The translations under genes were made by a program, and so were the position numbers. Below are positions 63,038 to 64,000 of a DNA stretch of 64,000 bases, piece after piece (the stretch's first letter is position 1; each line of letters starts with the position of its first letter). A model generated the notes under the pieces. It searched no databases and was not told where the DNA came from. It worked only from the letters and a program-made list of their open reading frames with translations. The DNA comes from Dehalococcoidia bacterium (GTDB taxonomy: Bacteria; Chloroflexota; Dehalococcoidia; Lucifugimonadales; UBA3495), in the NCBI GenBank assembly GCA_965232815.1, contig OZ247427.1, positions 724,846 through 788,845 of the forward strand, in the 5' to 3' direction.

Positions 63038-64000
63038 TCAGTCAGGGCGCCGGTAGAACGGTAATTCCGTCGTGGTCACATCGGCCGCGCGCCCGCGAAT
63101 ATCGACCTGCAGTTCCGTGCCCGGCTCGGCATGTTCGGCGTCCACAAAAGCCAAGGCGATGCAACGCTCCAGCGTCGGTGAATAGCTCCCGCTGCTGACT
63201 GTCCCCACCACTGATCCATCCGCCAGCACGTCGTATCCGGCCCGTGGCGCGCTCCGACCCGGCATCGTCAGCCCAACCATTTGCCTCGGCGTCCCGTAAA
63301 CCCGTTGGTGGTCCAGCACGTCCGCCCCGTTGAACCCGCCGTCCCGCCGTACGAAGCGACCCAGTCCGGCCTCAATAGGCGAGATGCTGTCCGACAACTC
63401 ATGCCCATGCAGGGGCAGCCCGGCTTCCAGCCGCAACACGTCCCGCGCTCCCAATCCGCACGGCGCTGCTCCGGCCCCGGTCAATCGCTCCCAGATGGCC
63501 GCCGCGTCCGAGGCCTGAACCGCCAGTTCGAATCCATCCTCACCGGTGTATCCGGTGCGCCCGACAAATATCCGCCGACCGTCGATATGTCCGCGTCCCC
63601 AGGTGTAGGGACGCAACAGGGACGGCTGCGGGTCTCGTCCGGGATTCCGTGCCAGCCGCGCTCCCGGGTTGAAATCCTCGCACAACCCGTCCACGATCCC
63701 GGCGGCTTGCGGCCCCTGGACGGCGATCAGTCCGGTGGCCATCGTCCGATCCGTTATCTGCACGCCCCGTCCGTCAAAGTGTCCCGCGAGTTGCCGATCA
63801 AACCACAGCGCCACTTCTTCACGGTTCCCGGCGTTCGGGATCAGCAGAAACTCATCATCCGAAAGCCGGTAGAAAATCGTGTCGTCAATCACCCCGCCCC
63901 GTTCGTTGCAGATGAAGCAGTACCTGGCGCGCCCCACCCGCAATCCCGATGCGGATCCGGTCAGCAATAGGTCCAGCAAACCCGCCGCGTTCGGCCCGCT
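63038..64000 (-). CDS. gcvT: Glycine cleavage system T protein (aminomethyltransferase), 5' end beyond the window
   Basis: ..ARYCFICNERGGVIDDTIFYRL.DDEFLLIPNAGN.., ..GRTGYTGEDGFEL.., and ..GLGARD.LRLEAG.PL.GHEL... The frame stays open from 63979 to 64000, so the annotated TTG start is not the real one. Confidence 0.9.
   Translation of the reverse strand, partial: SGPNAAGLLDLLLTGSASGLRVGRARYCFICNERGGVIDDTIFYRLSDDEFLLIPNAGNREEVALWFDRQLAGHFDGRGVQITDRTMATGLIAVQGPQAAGIVDGLCEDFNPGARLARNPGRDPQPSLLRPYTWGRGHIDGRRIFVGRTGYTGEDGFELAVQASDAAAIWERLTGAGAAPCGLGARDVLRLEAGLPLHGHELSDSISPIEAGLGRFVRRDGGFNGADVLDHQRVYGTPRQMVGLTMPGRSAPRAGYDVLADGSVVGTVSSGSYSPTLERCIALAFVDAEHAEPGTELQVDIRGRAADVTTTELPFYRRPD

Noticed and set aside
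1-64000. Search for tRNA, rRNA, CRISPR arrays, IS elements, integrases, reverse transcriptases, and helicase or ATPase-based defence genes
   Set aside because: - I found no T-arm-like GGTTCGAATCC-type motifs in a cloverleaf context.
- I found no rRNA-like conserved blocks and no regularly spaced repeats.
- No ORF has DDE, tyrosine-recombinase, RT (YxDD) or Walker-A/DEAD signatures.
- This absence was judged by eye and should be confirmed with tRNAscan-SE, Infernal, CRISPR finders and ISfinder-type searches.

Overview
This is a densely coding bacterial chromosomal segment with high GC. My hand counts give about 70 G+C per 100 nt in typical genes. I call about 60 CDS and found no rRNA, tRNA, CRISPR array, transposase or integrase.

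The backbone is housekeeping and catabolic:
- plsY, ilvE, NAD-dependent formate dehydrogenase, pncB, a fused etfB-etfA, rph, an M16 peptidase, cyanase, an nth-like gene, sfsA, galU, panE and gcvT/gcvH.
- Four LLM-class flavin oxidoreductases and two family III CoA-transferases.
- An Asp23/AmaP/DUF2273 envelope-stress cluster and orphan solute-binding proteins.

This gene content suggests an aerobic heterotroph of the Chloroflexota (SAR202-like) type, but that is inference only.

Several visibly AT-richer patches interrupt the backbone and carry the non-housekeeping genes:
1. A lone dGTPase-family HD hydrolase at 12298-13656.
2. A translationally abutting pair at 20473-22083: a DUF4365 PD-(D/E)xK nuclease plus a 379-aa orphan protein.
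3. An accessory stretch at 24866-30575 with a pentapeptide-repeat/TIR-like protein, a Uma2 nuclease, and a small orphan protein next to a PRTase-like gene.
4. A stretch at 53345-57205 with a retropepsin-like protease, a NYN nuclease carrying a duplicated C-terminal module, a DNA-repair-type radical SAM gene that lacks its usual partner and sits behind a perfect 17-bp palindrome, and a DUF433/DUF5615 toxin-antitoxin pair.

Two other features stand out. One is a five-gene partner-switching operon with no sigma factor (STAS, REC-PP2C, RsbW-like kinase, solute-binding protein, HAMP histidine kinase). The other is a tandem pair of roughly 1135-aa FtsX-type permeases with no adjacent ATPase.

My best candidate for an undescribed system is the 20473-22083 cassette. 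The 53345-57205 cluster and the dGTPase islet come next. All functional calls rest on motif recognition by eye, and no database search was possible.
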